Source of the DNA: Candidatus Saccharimonadota bacterium | GTDB lineage: Bacteria > Patescibacteriota > Saccharimonadia > Saccharimonadales > Saccharimonadaceae | Direction: 5' to 3' | Length of the DNA: 64,000 nt | Assembly (NCBI GenBank): GCA_017405265.1 | Contig: JAFRAS010000007.1 | Span: 3,524 to 67,523, forward strand | In this document: positions 34,912 through 46,058 of the stretch, in pieces | How the letters are laid out: every line of letters begins with the position of its first letter | How positions within the stretch are numbered: the first letter of the stretch is position 1 | Made by a program: the position numbers and the translations under genes | Notes under the pieces: generated by a model | The model's input: the letters and a program-made list of their open reading frames with translations, nothing else | Told to the model about the DNA's origin: nothing | Databases searched by the model: none

Positions 34912-36213
34912 ATGTTACCAGAAGATTTAAAACAGCGCCTCGTCGCATCCCCCGAAAAAATCGTCCACATCGTCGTCATCGGCACGAAACCCGATATTAT
35001 AAAACAAGCCCCCCTGATCCACGAACTCTCCCGCGAGAACAAACTCTTCCTCGTCTGCCACACTGGCCAACATTACGATTACGCTTCTTCCGAAGGTGCC
35101 CTGAATGAATTTGATTTAAAGGTCGACATTAATCTCGAGATAAAAGCCGACACTCTCCCCGAGAAATTGGCCGGCATCGCCGAAAAATTCGGCGCGCTGA
35201 TCTCCGAAATCGTCGCGCTCGGCAAAACCCCGGTGCCCTACGTCCACGGTGACACTCTGACCGCCTCCGCCGCCGCCCTCGGCTCTGCCTATTCTCGCGT
35301 CCCCCTGGCGCACGTCGAAGCGGGCCTTCGCACTCTCTCCCCGCGCTCCGAAATCTTCAAAAAACATCTTCTCGATTTTAACTCCGGTGCCTTTTCTTTC
35401 GAAAACTACTGTGCCGACCTAAAAAACCGCGACAACTACGAAATCGGCTCCTTCGAGCCTTACCCGGAACAAATCGACACTCGCCTCGTTGATCAAATCT
35501 CCGGCTTCAAATTCGCTCCCGTCGAGCTGAATCGTGACATGCTGATTAACGAGCAGCAGGGAAGCGACAAAAATATTTACGTCGTCGGGAACACTATCGC
35601 CGACGCCGTCGCCGAGTCTCTGGCCCGCGGCTCCGACCTTACCGTCCCCTTTGACGATTATCTCCTCTTCTCTGTCCACCGTCGCGAAACCTGCGAAGAC
35701 GAAACCCGTTTCCGAATGATTTACGACGCGATTCAAAACTTGACAAATTCGGGAAACCGTGCTATAATTATTAAATTAGCTATGTTTGTCCAGGCCATGG
35801 ACAAATTCCTCTCCGAGGCGGAGAAAAACGAGCTTAAAAACAACAAAAACATCCTCCTCCTGGACCCACTCGCTCGCCACTCTGACTTCCTGAAACTGAT
35901 GCAAAACGCCCGCCTCGTCGTCGCCGACTCCGGCGGCATCCAAGAAGAAGCGACCGTGATGGGCGTGAAACAGGTTACCCTCCGCTTCGGCTCCGACCGC
36001 CCCGAAACCCTCTTCTCCGGCCACAACATCTTGGCGCCTCTGATCGGTAAAGATTTCATCCGCACGATTATCGAGAATTCTCTCACCGTCGAAAACCCGA
36101 AAGCCCCCCTCTACGGCGAAAATGTCTCCGCGAAGATGCTCGCCCTCGTCGACGCTCACTTCGCCCCCTCCCGCATCTTTCTCTCCGAAGAACAAAAATT
36201 CTTCGGCGCCTAA
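34912..36213 (+). CDS. wecB: UDP-N-acetylglucosamine 2-epimerase
   Basis: GTKPDIIK, HTGQHYD, VHGDT, HVEAGLR, DSGGIQEEA; start placed at ATG after TGTTATAAT. Confidence 0.92.
   Translation: MLPEDLKQRLVASPEKIVHIVVIGTKPDIIKQAPLIHELSRENKLFLVCHTGQHYDYASSEGALNEFDLKVDINLEIKADTLPEKLAGIAEKFGALISEIVALGKTPVPYVHGDTLTASAAALGSAYSRVPLAHVEAGLRTLSPRSEIFKKHLLDFNSGAFSFENYCADLKNRDNYEIGSFEPYPEQIDTRLVDQISGFKFAPVELNRDMLINEQQGSDKNIYVVGNTIADAVAESLARGSDLTVPFDDYLLFSVHRRETCEDETRFRMIYDAIQNLTNSGNRAIIIKLAMFVQAMDKFLSEAEKNELKNNKNILLLDPLARHSDFLKLMQNARLVVADSGGIQEEATVMGVKQVTLRFGSDRPETLFSGHNILAPLIGKDFIRTIIENSLTVENPKAPLYGENVSAKMLALVDAHFAPSRIFLSEEQKFFGA
35740..35768 (+). promoter_or_regulatory. Consensus promoter internal to wecB
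   Basis: TTGACA-17bp-TATAAT with TG extension. Confidence 0.6.
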
Positions 36214-36216
36214 AAA

Positions 36217-36309
36217 AGTTTTTTCAGGTTTTTCCTCCAAAAACCCGAAAAACTTCCCATTTTCACCCACTTTTTCAGGTTTTTGCTTAATAAGCCCGAA
36301 AAACTTTTT
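36217..36309. terminator. Duplicated hairpins between convergent genes
   Basis: TTTTTCAGGTTTTT...CCCGAAAAAC occurs twice. Confidence 0.55.
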
Positions 36310-37222
36310 CCAAAGTTTTCTCAATCGGCGTTCCCGGGAAAAACTCCGCCACCGAACTGTTATCTGCGCAAATGAACGGTGTGTCCGCGGGGCGCATCTT
36401 CGCGGGATCCGTTTCTACGCGAATTTCTTTCTCTGAAAACGAAAGCAGAATATTTAAAATCTCGCGAATTTGATACGCTTTTCCCGACCCCACATTATAA
36501 ATCGGCTGCGCATTTTCCGTCTCGAGTAATTTTCGATAAACATGCACAACGTCCGAAACGTCCGAAAAATCACGATACGCCTCGAGATTCCCGACCCGAA
36601 GAACCGGCTCTCTCTCGCCCCTTTCGATTTCCGCAATCTGTTTCGCAAAACTCGGCACTACAAAATTCTCGGACTGCCCCACTCCAATATGATTAAATGA
36701 CCTTGTCAAAACGATTTTGAGTCCATATTTTTCAGCATAAAGTTTTGCAAAATTCTCCTGCGCAATCTTCGAAATGCCATAAGGATTATTCGAATCGACC
36801 GGGTCAGATTCTTTCAGTTTCAGATTTTCCGGAATTTCGCCTCGCACTACCGCCGCGAGTTCCTCTTCACTCGGCATTTTCGCGCGATATTCCTCGGACG
36901 AGCCGACAAAAAGCGACTTCGTCTCCGGCGAATATTTTCGAATCGCCTCGAGCAAGTTCAACGTTCCGCCGACATTCACGCTCATCGTTTTTGCCGGAAT
37001 CTGCCACGAAACTCCGACCGACGCAATCGCCGCGAGATTAACCAAAAAATCCGGCCGCGTCTCGCGAATTAACTTCTCTGCTACCTCGGCGTCCGTCACA
37101 TCAACCGACCGCGGGAACTGCTCCCCGAGGTCGCAGGGAATCACTTCGTAATCCCCCGAAAATTCTTCGATCAAATGCTTCCCGACAAACCCACCCGCTC
37201 CGAGAATTAGAACCTTTCGCAT
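36287..37222 (-). CDS. rmd: GDP-4-keto-6-deoxy-D-mannose reductase-like SDR
   Basis: GAGGFVG, SSEEY, YGISK, RSFNHIG.GQ, RDFSDV; adjacent to gmd. Confidence 0.8.
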   Translation of the reverse strand: MRKVLILGAGGFVGKHLIEEFSGDYEVIPCDLGEQFPRSVDVTDAEVAEKLIRETRPDFLVNLAAIASVGVSWQIPAKTMSVNVGGTLNLLEAIRKYSPETKSLFVGSSEEYRAKMPSEEELAAVVRGEIPENLKLKESDPVDSNNPYGISKIAQENFAKLYAEKYGLKIVLTRSFNHIGVGQSENFVVPSFAKQIAEIERGEREPVLRVGNLEAYRDFSDVSDVVHVYRKLLETENAQPIYNVGSGKAYQIREILNILLSFSEKEIRVETDPAKMRPADTPFICADNSSVAEFFPGTPIEKTLEKVFRAY

Positions 37223-37225
37223 TCC

Positions 37226-38266
<1,041 letters not shown>

Positions 38267-38279
38267 TTACTATTATACT

Positions 38280-39320
38280 TTATTCCGGCCGAAAATCACG
38301 AATTTTCCCCGCCGACTCCTTTTTGCACACCACGATTTCATTCTCCCCCTCAATCACATATAAATCCTCGACATCGACTAATATCACTCGTTTTTTCTCA
38401 CCGTAAACCACGCAATCTTTCGCCTCCGAGACTTCCACCTCGCCCTTTTTAATATTCCCGTCCTCGTCCGGTTTTACGTAGCGCAAAATCGACGCCCAAG
38501 TCCCAATGTCATCCCACCCGACATCAATCGGGTGGACAAACACTTCGTCTGATGTTTCGAGAATTGCATAATCAACCGAAATATTTTCACATTTATCATA
38601 ATTTTCCGCGAGTTTTGCCATAAAATCGGGAGAAGCCGCATTTGGCAACCCCATAATCACTTCGTGCGTCCGCCTCTGAAACTTAGAAAACGCCGAAATC
38701 ATATAATCCGTGTCAAAAATAAACATGCCGGCATTCCAGAGGTATCTCCCCGACGCGAGATATCCCTTCGCCGTCTCCTCGTCCGGTTTTTCGACAAATT
38801 TCTCAACTCTCCGAATTCCGCTCTCGACATCTTCGCCTGTCCGAATATATCCATACCCCGTTTCCGGTCGGTTCGGCTCAATCCCGAGCGTGCAAATCCC
38901 CGTTTTATGCATAAGCATAAAATTGACAGATTGTCCAATATCTTCTATAAACTTATCTTCATTCACAATCAGCTGGTCGCTCGGCAGTACCACCACCGTC
39001 GCTGGTCCCTTGAGGTCGCTAATATATTTCGACGCGAGTAGAATGCATGGCGCCGTGTTTCTCCCCGTCGGCTCCGCAACGATATTCTTGACCGGGAGAC
39101 TCGGTAACTGCTCCTTCACGAGGTCAATATACTTCGCCCCCGTCCCGACAAAAATATTTTTCTCCGGCAAAATTTTCCGACACCTGTCGTAAGTCTCCTG
39201 AAGCATCGTTTTTTCCGAAATCAACGCCAAAAACTGTTTCGGCTTCTCCTCTGTTGACTTCGGCCAAAACCGCGTCCCTCTCCCCCCCGCCATAATCAAA
39301 ATATAAAAATCTTCTCTCAT
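38280..39320 (-). CDS. manC: Mannose-1-phosphate guanylyltransferase
   Basis: MAGGRGTRFWP, PKQF, ETGYGYI, FVEKP, WNAGMF. Confidence 0.95.
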   Translation of the reverse strand: MREDFYILIMAGGRGTRFWPKSTEEKPKQFLALISEKTMLQETYDRCRKILPEKNIFVGTGAKYIDLVKEQLPSLPVKNIVAEPTGRNTAPCILLASKYISDLKGPATVVVLPSDQLIVNEDKFIEDIGQSVNFMLMHKTGICTLGIEPNRPETGYGYIRTGEDVESGIRRVEKFVEKPDEETAKGYLASGRYLWNAGMFIFDTDYMISAFSKFQRRTHEVIMGLPNAASPDFMAKLAENYDKCENISVDYAILETSDEVFVHPIDVGWDDIGTWASILRYVKPDEDGNIKKGEVEVSEAKDCVVYGEKKRVILVDVEDLYVIEGENEIVVCKKESAGKIRDFRPE

Positions 39321-39391
39321 AAAAACTCCACTATTTTCCCATTATATCACGCCCGTTTCTAATTTTTAAAAAATAATGTATAATAGATTTT

Positions 39392-40540
39392 ATGCGCATA
39401 GGAATTGACATTAACCCCCTGACCGAAACCCGCACTGGAGTCGGCAACTATCTTTACGAAATCCTACTTTGGCTAAACGAAAATGCCAAACACCACGAAT
39501 TTTTTCTCTATTCGCCCGCTTCCGATTATCTTGAGCTCCCGAAGCTCGGCAAAAATTTTCATTTAACGAAGCTTCAGTCCAAGCACCGCAACATCGCGAA
39601 TCAAACCGAGCTCCCGAAACTCTTGAAAAACGACCAAATCGAAGTTTTTTGGGGCTCCGCTTTCCATCTCCCCGCTCGCAATCGCTACACTAAAAACATC
39701 CGTTTCGTTCTCACTATTCATGACCTCTGGGCCGAATTCTCACCTCTCGCCCCGAAAAGCCTGAAACTCAACTTAATCGCCCACTTAATGCGTCGCGACG
39801 CCAAAAACGCCGACACGATTATCGCTATCTCTGAATACACCAAACGTGAAATCCGTCGTCACTACGGCATCCCAGCGAAAAAAATCCCCGTAACTTATCT
39901 CGCTCCCTCGACTTTTGACCAAAAAACTCCCACCCGCGCCGAAGAAACCAAAATCCTGAAAAAATACCACCTCGTAGACGACGACGGAAACCTAATCGAC
40001 TACCTTTTCTTCCTCTCCACTATCCAACCTCGTAAAAATCTCGACACCGCAATCAAAGCCTTTAATCTCTACAAATCCGAGCACGAAGGTTCGAATCTGA
40101 AATTCATCGTCGCCGGCAACCGTGGTTGGGGCTCGGACCAGACCTTCGAACTAATGGAAAACTCCCCCTATAAATCCGATATCATCCGCCCCGGCTACAT
40201 CACCACCGAAAAATCCGTTTTTTATCGCAACGCTCGTGCCTTCGTCTATCCCTCTCTTTGCGAAGGCTTCGGCCTCCCTGTTCTTGAGGCCTTCGCCTAT
40301 AATTGCCCCGTGATTACCGCGAAAAACTCCTCTCTCCCTGAAGTTGGCGGTGACGCCGCCTTTTACATCAACAAAGCCACCGACGAAAAATCCCTCGCTG
40401 CCCTAATCGAGACAGTCGTGAACCAGTCCGCTCTCTCTCGAGAAAAACGTATTTTGATGGGCAAAAAACAACTCTCGAAATTCTCTTGGGAAAAATGTGC
40501 TCGTGAAACTCTCGAAATTATAGAAGGGAATAAGAAATGA
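39392..40540 (+). CDS. GT4 glycosyltransferase
   Basis: TGVGNY, TIHDL, PRKN, EGFGLPVLEA. Confidence 0.92.
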   Translation: MRIGIDINPLTETRTGVGNYLYEILLWLNENAKHHEFFLYSPASDYLELPKLGKNFHLTKLQSKHRNIANQTELPKLLKNDQIEVFWGSAFHLPARNRYTKNIRFVLTIHDLWAEFSPLAPKSLKLNLIAHLMRRDAKNADTIIAISEYTKREIRRHYGIPAKKIPVTYLAPSTFDQKTPTRAEETKILKKYHLVDDDGNLIDYLFFLSTIQPRKNLDTAIKAFNLYKSEHEGSNLKFIVAGNRGWGSDQTFELMENSPYKSDIIRPGYITTEKSVFYRNARAFVYPSLCEGFGLPVLEAFAYNCPVITAKNSSLPEVGGDAAFYINKATDEKSLAALIETVVNQSALSREKRILMGKKQLSKFSWEKCARETLEIIEGNKK

Positions 40541-41616
40541 AGCTCGCTATCGACGCTCGCTTTGTCGGCAAAACCGGCATCGGCACTTATACCGCCAATC
40601 TCTTGAGGTCCGACCTCTATTCCGTCGCTCTCGGCGACCCGAAAATTTTAAAAGAATTTGGCAAAAAAGTCATCCCATTTACCGAAAAAGTCTATCATTT
40701 GGGCGAGCAAACTCATTTTCCGAAAAAGACCCTCGTCTCTGAAAAAATCGACCTGCTCCACGTCCCGCACTATAATATCCCTCTCTTTTACCGCGCCCCT
40801 CTCGCTGTCACTATTCACGACGTCACCCCAATCGCCTTTAGTCCCTATCATCGCTCAAAGCTCTATCCCTATACCATCTTTATGATAAAAGAGAGTCTGA
40901 AAAAAGCCGAAATTGTCTTCGCTCCCTCAAAATACAGCAAATCTGACCTCTTAAAATACTTCCCGAAGACGGACTCCGACAAAATTCACGTCATCTATAA
41001 CTCCGTTGACGACCGTTTCCGCCACAAATCCGCCAAAGAAGTTGCTTATTTATACCAAAAATACCCCAAAATTTCGCGCGACAAGGCCCTTCTGCTTTTT
41101 GTCGGCCTCCAGGCGGCTCACAAAAATTTGCCGATGCTTCTCGAGGCATTTAGAGCCCTCCCGCGCGACAAATATCAGCTTATCATCATCGGTGGCGGCA
41201 CTAAGGCCGAAATGGACGCCGTCGCCACCTCTGTTTCCTCCTCCGGGACTAAAAACGGCGTCGTTTTTACCGGTCATCTCACGCCGGACAAGATAATCGA
41301 CTTTTATAATCTCGTCGACCTCTTCGTCTTCCCCTCTCTGTACGAAGGCTTCGGCCTCCCCGTTCTCGAGGCTTTGAAATGTGGCACTCCTGTCGTTTCC
41401 TCGAATCTCACCTCTCTCCCCGAAGTTGGCGGGAAATTCGTCACTTATTGCGACCCGACCGACTCCTCCGACATTGCCGAAAAAATCAAAGAAACCGTGG
41501 GTAAACCCCTAAAATCAGGCCTCGACGCCTGGCTTTCCCAATTTTCCATCGAAGCCCAAGTCTCCGCCATGCAAAAAGTCTATCAAAAATACTCCAGGGA
41601 ACAACAAAATGCCTAA
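40537..41616 (+). CDS. GT4 glycosyltransferase
   Basis: DARF..TGIGTY, HKN, YEGFGLPVLEA. Confidence 0.92.
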   Translation: MKLAIDARFVGKTGIGTYTANLLRSDLYSVALGDPKILKEFGKKVIPFTEKVYHLGEQTHFPKKTLVSEKIDLLHVPHYNIPLFYRAPLAVTIHDVTPIAFSPYHRSKLYPYTIFMIKESLKKAEIVFAPSKYSKSDLLKYFPKTDSDKIHVIYNSVDDRFRHKSAKEVAYLYQKYPKISRDKALLLFVGLQAAHKNLPMLLEAFRALPRDKYQLIIIGGGTKAEMDAVATSVSSSGTKNGVVFTGHLTPDKIIDFYNLVDLFVFPSLYEGFGLPVLEALKCGTPVVSSNLTSLPEVGGKFVTYCDPTDSSDIAEKIKETVGKPLKSGLDAWLSQFSIEAQVSAMQKVYQKYSREQQNA

Positions 41617-42622
41617 AAAACTCCTCACCATTTCCATCGCCGCCTATAACGTCGAAAAAACCATCATAGAAACACTCGAGTCTCTCTTGATAAAAAATCT
41701 CGACCTCCTTGACGTTATAATCGTTAACGACGGCTCGACCGATTCAACGAAAGAATTGGTCGAAAATTTCATCAAAGAGCATCCCGGGTCTTTCCGCCTC
41801 ATTAATCAGAAAAACGGTGGCTACGGCTCCACTATAAACGCCTCCATCAAAAACGCCACCGGCAAATATTTCCGCCCTCTCGACGGCGACGACTGGGCCG
41901 ACTCTAAAAAGTTGGATAAATTTTGCGAAATATTAAAAGACGAAGATGGCGACCTTATTATTACTCCATTCAAAACCATTAACGAATCGACCGGCCAATC
42001 TTTTATCACTAATTTCGCCCACTCGTCTTTTTCGAACAAAAAAATCGACGCCGCTATTTCGGAGCTTGAGTCCTACGTCCCGATGCACTGCGTTACTTAT
42101 AAAACCTCACTCCTTCAAAAAAATCAAATTGCGCTCACCAGGCATTGTTTTTATACTGACACGGAATATGTTTTATTACCATTCAAATATGCGAAAACTG
42201 TATCCGCCTACAATCTCGCCATCTATCTCTACCGTTTTGGCACCGCCGAACAATCCGTCAGTCCCAAAAGCCGCGCCCGCCATTATGAAGATATGATTAC
42301 TGTAACCAAAAGATTCATCAATGATTTCTCCTCGTCACTTCGTCGCACGGAATCCGAATCATATATTAACGACTTCGTTATTGAACTTTGCGCCCGATGC
42401 TTCCTTAGTTTCCTTTTTATCTTAAAACCGACCAAAGCGCATTATACCGCTATTAAAAAATACCTAAAATTCATAGACGAAACTGACCCCAGTATCTTGC
42501 GTGTGCTCGAGAATAAATTCAGAACAGTTAGAACCGTCAATAAGGGAGGATATTTTTCCTATCTCATTGTTTTTCTTGTTACCAAATTTAAACAAATTAA
42601 ACACCGAGGGAACGCAAGATGA
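41609..42622 (+). CDS. GT2 glycosyltransferase
   Basis: AYNVE, VNDGSTD, NGGYG, LDGDD. Confidence 0.93.
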   Translation: MPKKLLTISIAAYNVEKTIIETLESLLIKNLDLLDVIIVNDGSTDSTKELVENFIKEHPGSFRLINQKNGGYGSTINASIKNATGKYFRPLDGDDWADSKKLDKFCEILKDEDGDLIITPFKTINESTGQSFITNFAHSSFSNKKIDAAISELESYVPMHCVTYKTSLLQKNQIALTRHCFYTDTEYVLLPFKYAKTVSAYNLAIYLYRFGTAEQSVSPKSRARHYEDMITVTKRFINDFSSSLRRTESESYINDFVIELCARCFLSFLFILKPTKAHYTAIKKYLKFIDETDPSILRVLENKFRTVRTVNKGGYFSYLIVFLVTKFKQIKHRGNAR

Positions 42623-44085
42623 CGAAGTCTATCAAAAAGAACTATCTCTATAATTTAATTTTCCAAATCCTCTCAGTTATTCTTCCGCTCATTACGACAC
42701 CGTATCTGTCTCACGTCCTGGGCTCCGAGCAGATAGGCGTTTACGGATTCACTCTTTCAATCGTAACTTATTTTGTGCTCGCCGGCTCACTTGGGGTTTC
42801 AATGTATGGTCAGCGCGAAATCGCACGTCTCCAAAACGACCCCAAAAAACGCACCCGCGCTTTTTGGCAAATCAACATTTTAAAATGGATTGCGACCGGA
42901 CTGTCTTTGATAATTTACTATTTCGCGTGTATTCAAAACACCGACTACGGCTTCTACTATAAGATTTTCACTCTCGAATTATTCGCAAACGCCATTGATA
43001 TCTCTTGGTTCTACCAAGGTATCGAGGAATTCCGCATCACCGTCATTCGCAACATCATTATAAAACTGCTAAGCCTAGTTTGTATCTTTATTTTTGTAAA
43101 AACGCCCAGCGACACGGGCATCTATATATTAATCTATTGCCTCTCGAACTTAATCAGCAACGGCTACCTCTGGATTATTCTCCCGAGATTTATAAAAAGA
43201 GTTCCGCTCCGTCTAAAAACCGCAAAAAAGCACTTAATGCCGATTTTTCTGATGTTTCTGCCCCAGGTCGCCGTCCAGATTTACACCGTTCTCGACCGCA
43301 CGATGCTCGGCGCTATCACCGGCGACATGCACGAAGTCGGCATATACGAACAATCCAATAAAATTAACCGCGCCGCCCAAACATTTGTCACTGCTCTCGG
43401 CGTAGTGATGCTGTCCCGCGTAGCCAGCTTATCTGTCAGTAAAAAAATAGACGAAATCCGCGCCATTATTAGCAAGGCCTTTCATTTGGTATGGCTTCTT
43501 GCACTGCCCATGGTGGCCGGCATTATCGCGGTCGCCCCGAATCTCGTCCCCTGGTTTTTGGGAGACGACTTTTTGAATGCTACTCAGGTTCTTCAAATTG
43601 GCTCGCTCTTGATTCTCGCCGTCGGTCTCAATAACGTATCTGGCATTCAATATCTGGTTGCTACCGGAAAGCAAAATCTCTTCACTATTAGCGTTATCGC
43701 CGGCGCTTTGGTTAATGCCATAGGAAATTTACTCCTCATCCCCACCCTCGGTGCCAAGGGAGCCATCATTTTCTCCGTCGTCGCCGAATTCACAATTTTG
43801 CTCATCCAGCTTATTATGATCCGAAAAACAGTTCGCTTAAGAGACGTTTTTGGGCGCTGCTGGCCGAATTTCCTAGCGAGCGCACTGATGTTTATAATCG
43901 TCTTTTTGCTCGGGCAAAAGTTATCTCCGAGCATCCCGCACACGATAATAATGGTTGCCGTAGGAGCGGCCATCTACGCCATCGTATTATTTACGACAAA
44001 AGACGAGCTGGTGTTTTCGGTACTATCCTCGATAAAAAATAAAATCATCACCCCACCCAATAAAAACAAAGGAACCTCAAAATGA
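42619..44085 (+). CDS. wzx: Wzx flippase
   Basis: SIKKNYLYNL..PLITTPYLS; 12-14 TM; LDRTMLG. Confidence 0.92.
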   Translation: MTKSIKKNYLYNLIFQILSVILPLITTPYLSHVLGSEQIGVYGFTLSIVTYFVLAGSLGVSMYGQREIARLQNDPKKRTRAFWQINILKWIATGLSLIIYYFACIQNTDYGFYYKIFTLELFANAIDISWFYQGIEEFRITVIRNIIIKLLSLVCIFIFVKTPSDTGIYILIYCLSNLISNGYLWIILPRFIKRVPLRLKTAKKHLMPIFLMFLPQVAVQIYTVLDRTMLGAITGDMHEVGIYEQSNKINRAAQTFVTALGVVMLSRVASLSVSKKIDEIRAIISKAFHLVWLLALPMVAGIIAVAPNLVPWFLGDDFLNATQVLQIGSLLILAVGLNNVSGIQYLVATGKQNLFTISVIAGALVNAIGNLLLIPTLGAKGAIIFSVVAEFTILLIQLIMIRKTVRLRDVFGRCWPNFLASALMFIIVFLLGQKLSPSIPHTIIMVAVGAAIYAIVLFTTKDELVFSVLSSIKNKIITPPNKNKGTSK

Positions 44086-46058
44086 ATGTAAAAGCGACTA
44101 TAAAGAAAATTATCCCAAGCTACATATTTTATAAACATCACGAACGAAAATATAAGAATGAACTGCAAGAGCGTTTTTCGAGCAACCATGTCCCAAATTC
44201 CGACGCCACAAGACTGAAAATCATTCGTTCCAAAGACGACTATTCTTCTCTAAAGAAATTAATGAAAACTGTACAGATAAATAGCAACACTTATTACTTT
44301 TACAGTCTGGACTATTTTACGCATATTTTTTCCCAGGGCGCCATTACCGACAACTTGACCATCGACTACAGTCTGGCCATGTTGCCACTTTCAGAGATAG
44401 AAAAAAATAATCAAAAACTGCGCAATTCCGATTCGATTTTCGAAGCCATCCGCGTTTACATTTCACGCGCCACAGAATATCTCCGCCAACATCCGAGTTC
44501 TCGCAACGACTTGCTCTGCTCGTATTTAGAAAACATCCTCGATTCCTCGCCGAAGTCATTTGACGAAGCCCTGCAACGTATTCTTTTTTACAATCAGCTC
44601 CTCTGGCAAACAGGCCACCGCTTGATGGGGCTTGGGCGTCTTGATTTAATTCTCTATCCTTATTACGAAAACGACATTAAATCCGGCCTTATTGATTCCA
44701 AAAAGGCCGCCTTTATGGTGTCCGAATTCATGAAAACCCTGCACAAAGACTATGTCTTCAAAAGCAATGCGCTCCTTGGTGACACCGGCCAACTCATTAT
44801 TCTCGGCGGCTACGACAAAAAGGGTCGAACCGTATCGAACGCTTTGACTAAAATTTTTATCACCGTAGCAGGCGAACTTCAGCTCCCAGATCCGAAGATT
44901 TTGTTGCGTGTCACAAAAGATACAAATCGCGAGATTTTTTCGCTATCTCTTAAAAGTATTCAATCCGGTCTCGGTTTTCCTCTTTTTGCCAACGACGAGG
45001 TCATAATTCCAAGCCTCATTTCTTCTGGATTTGACAAAGAAGACGTTTGGAACTACGCTACCTCCGCCTGTTGGGAACCAATCATCCCGTCCAAAAGCAC
45101 CGACCATAACAACTATAGCAATATAATCTTATTAGAGCCACTGCATCGTATTTTAGACGAAGAAGATTTGTCAAAAATCGACGACTTTTCTTCACTATTA
45201 TCAATATATAAAAAATGCCTAAAAAATTATGTCACAGACATGATGGAGGAAAGTATGGGGCTCCGCCTCGCGTTCGACCCGCTTTTATCTATTTTTACCT
45301 CTGGCGGCAAAAAGCATAAAGATATTGCCGAGGGCGGCGCCAAATATAACAATATTGGCTACCTCAGCCTTTCTTTTGGAAATCTAATAAACTCCTTACT
45401 TATCATAAAAAAATATGTCTTTGAAGATAAAAAATACACGCTGGCGGAATTAGACGAGCTTCGCAAAAAAGAAAAGATGCCGACTCTTCCGGTTTTCCCA
45501 GAATTCGGTTGCGATGATGCCGAAATTATTAACCTAACCAACTCGATTATGGCGGTAATTTCTGAAACTTTGAAGGGGAGAAAAAATAGTCTGGGAGGAT
45601 TTTACAAAGTCGGCTACAGCTCCCCATCTTACATCTCGGCCTCCAGCCAAACCTCAGCGTCTTTTGACGGTCGCAAAAATGGCGACCCTTTCATGGTCCA
45701 CATTTCTACTAATGCCGCGCTCTCTTACACCGAGCTGATGTCTTTTGCCGGCAAACTAAAATATTCAAACTCGGTGTGTAACGGCAACGTCCTGGATTTT
45801 ATCGTGTCGCGCGACTTTATTGATAATAACTTTGACAAATTTGTTGACTTTTTAATGTTTAGCACCGAAAGTGGCTATTTCGAAACGCAAATGAACGTGA
45901 CGAGCTCGAAGCTCCTCATTGAAGCCAAGAAAAATCCCAAAAAGTTCCCCAATCTCATCGTTCGCGTTTGGGGCTTTTCCGCCTACTTTAATGATCTGCC
46001 GGAAGAATATAAAAATGTGCTCATCGAGCGCGCCCTAAAAAGCGAAGGTAAAAAATGA
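44082..46058 (+). CDS. Glycyl radical enzyme (PFL superfamily), unassigned subclass
   Basis: GRLDLILYPYY, single-Cys loop SACWEP, C-terminal LIVRVWGFSAYF. Confidence 0.9.
   Translation: MNVKATIKKIIPSYIFYKHHERKYKNELQERFSSNHVPNSDATRLKIIRSKDDYSSLKKLMKTVQINSNTYYFYSLDYFTHIFSQGAITDNLTIDYSLAMLPLSEIEKNNQKLRNSDSIFEAIRVYISRATEYLRQHPSSRNDLLCSYLENILDSSPKSFDEALQRILFYNQLLWQTGHRLMGLGRLDLILYPYYENDIKSGLIDSKKAAFMVSEFMKTLHKDYVFKSNALLGDTGQLIILGGYDKKGRTVSNALTKIFITVAGELQLPDPKILLRVTKDTNREIFSLSLKSIQSGLGFPLFANDEVIIPSLISSGFDKEDVWNYATSACWEPIIPSKSTDHNNYSNIILLEPLHRILDEEDLSKIDDFSSLLSIYKKCLKNYVTDMMEESMGLRLAFDPLLSIFTSGGKKHKDIAEGGAKYNNIGYLSLSFGNLINSLLIIKKYVFEDKKYTLAELDELRKKEKMPTLPVFPEFGCDDAEIINLTNSIMAVISETLKGRKNSLGGFYKVGYSSPSYISASSQTSASFDGRKNGDPFMVHISTNAALSYTELMSFAGKLKYSNSVCNGNVLDFIVSRDFIDNNFDKFVDFLMFSTESGYFETQMNVTSSKLLIEAKKNPKKFPNLIVRVWGFSAYFNDLPEEYKNVLIERALKSEGKK

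Noticed and set aside
44082-46058. Canonical pyruvate formate-lyase or NrdD
   Set aside because: Lacks the adjacent Cys-Cys pair of PFL and the ATP-cone/Zn-site features of NrdD
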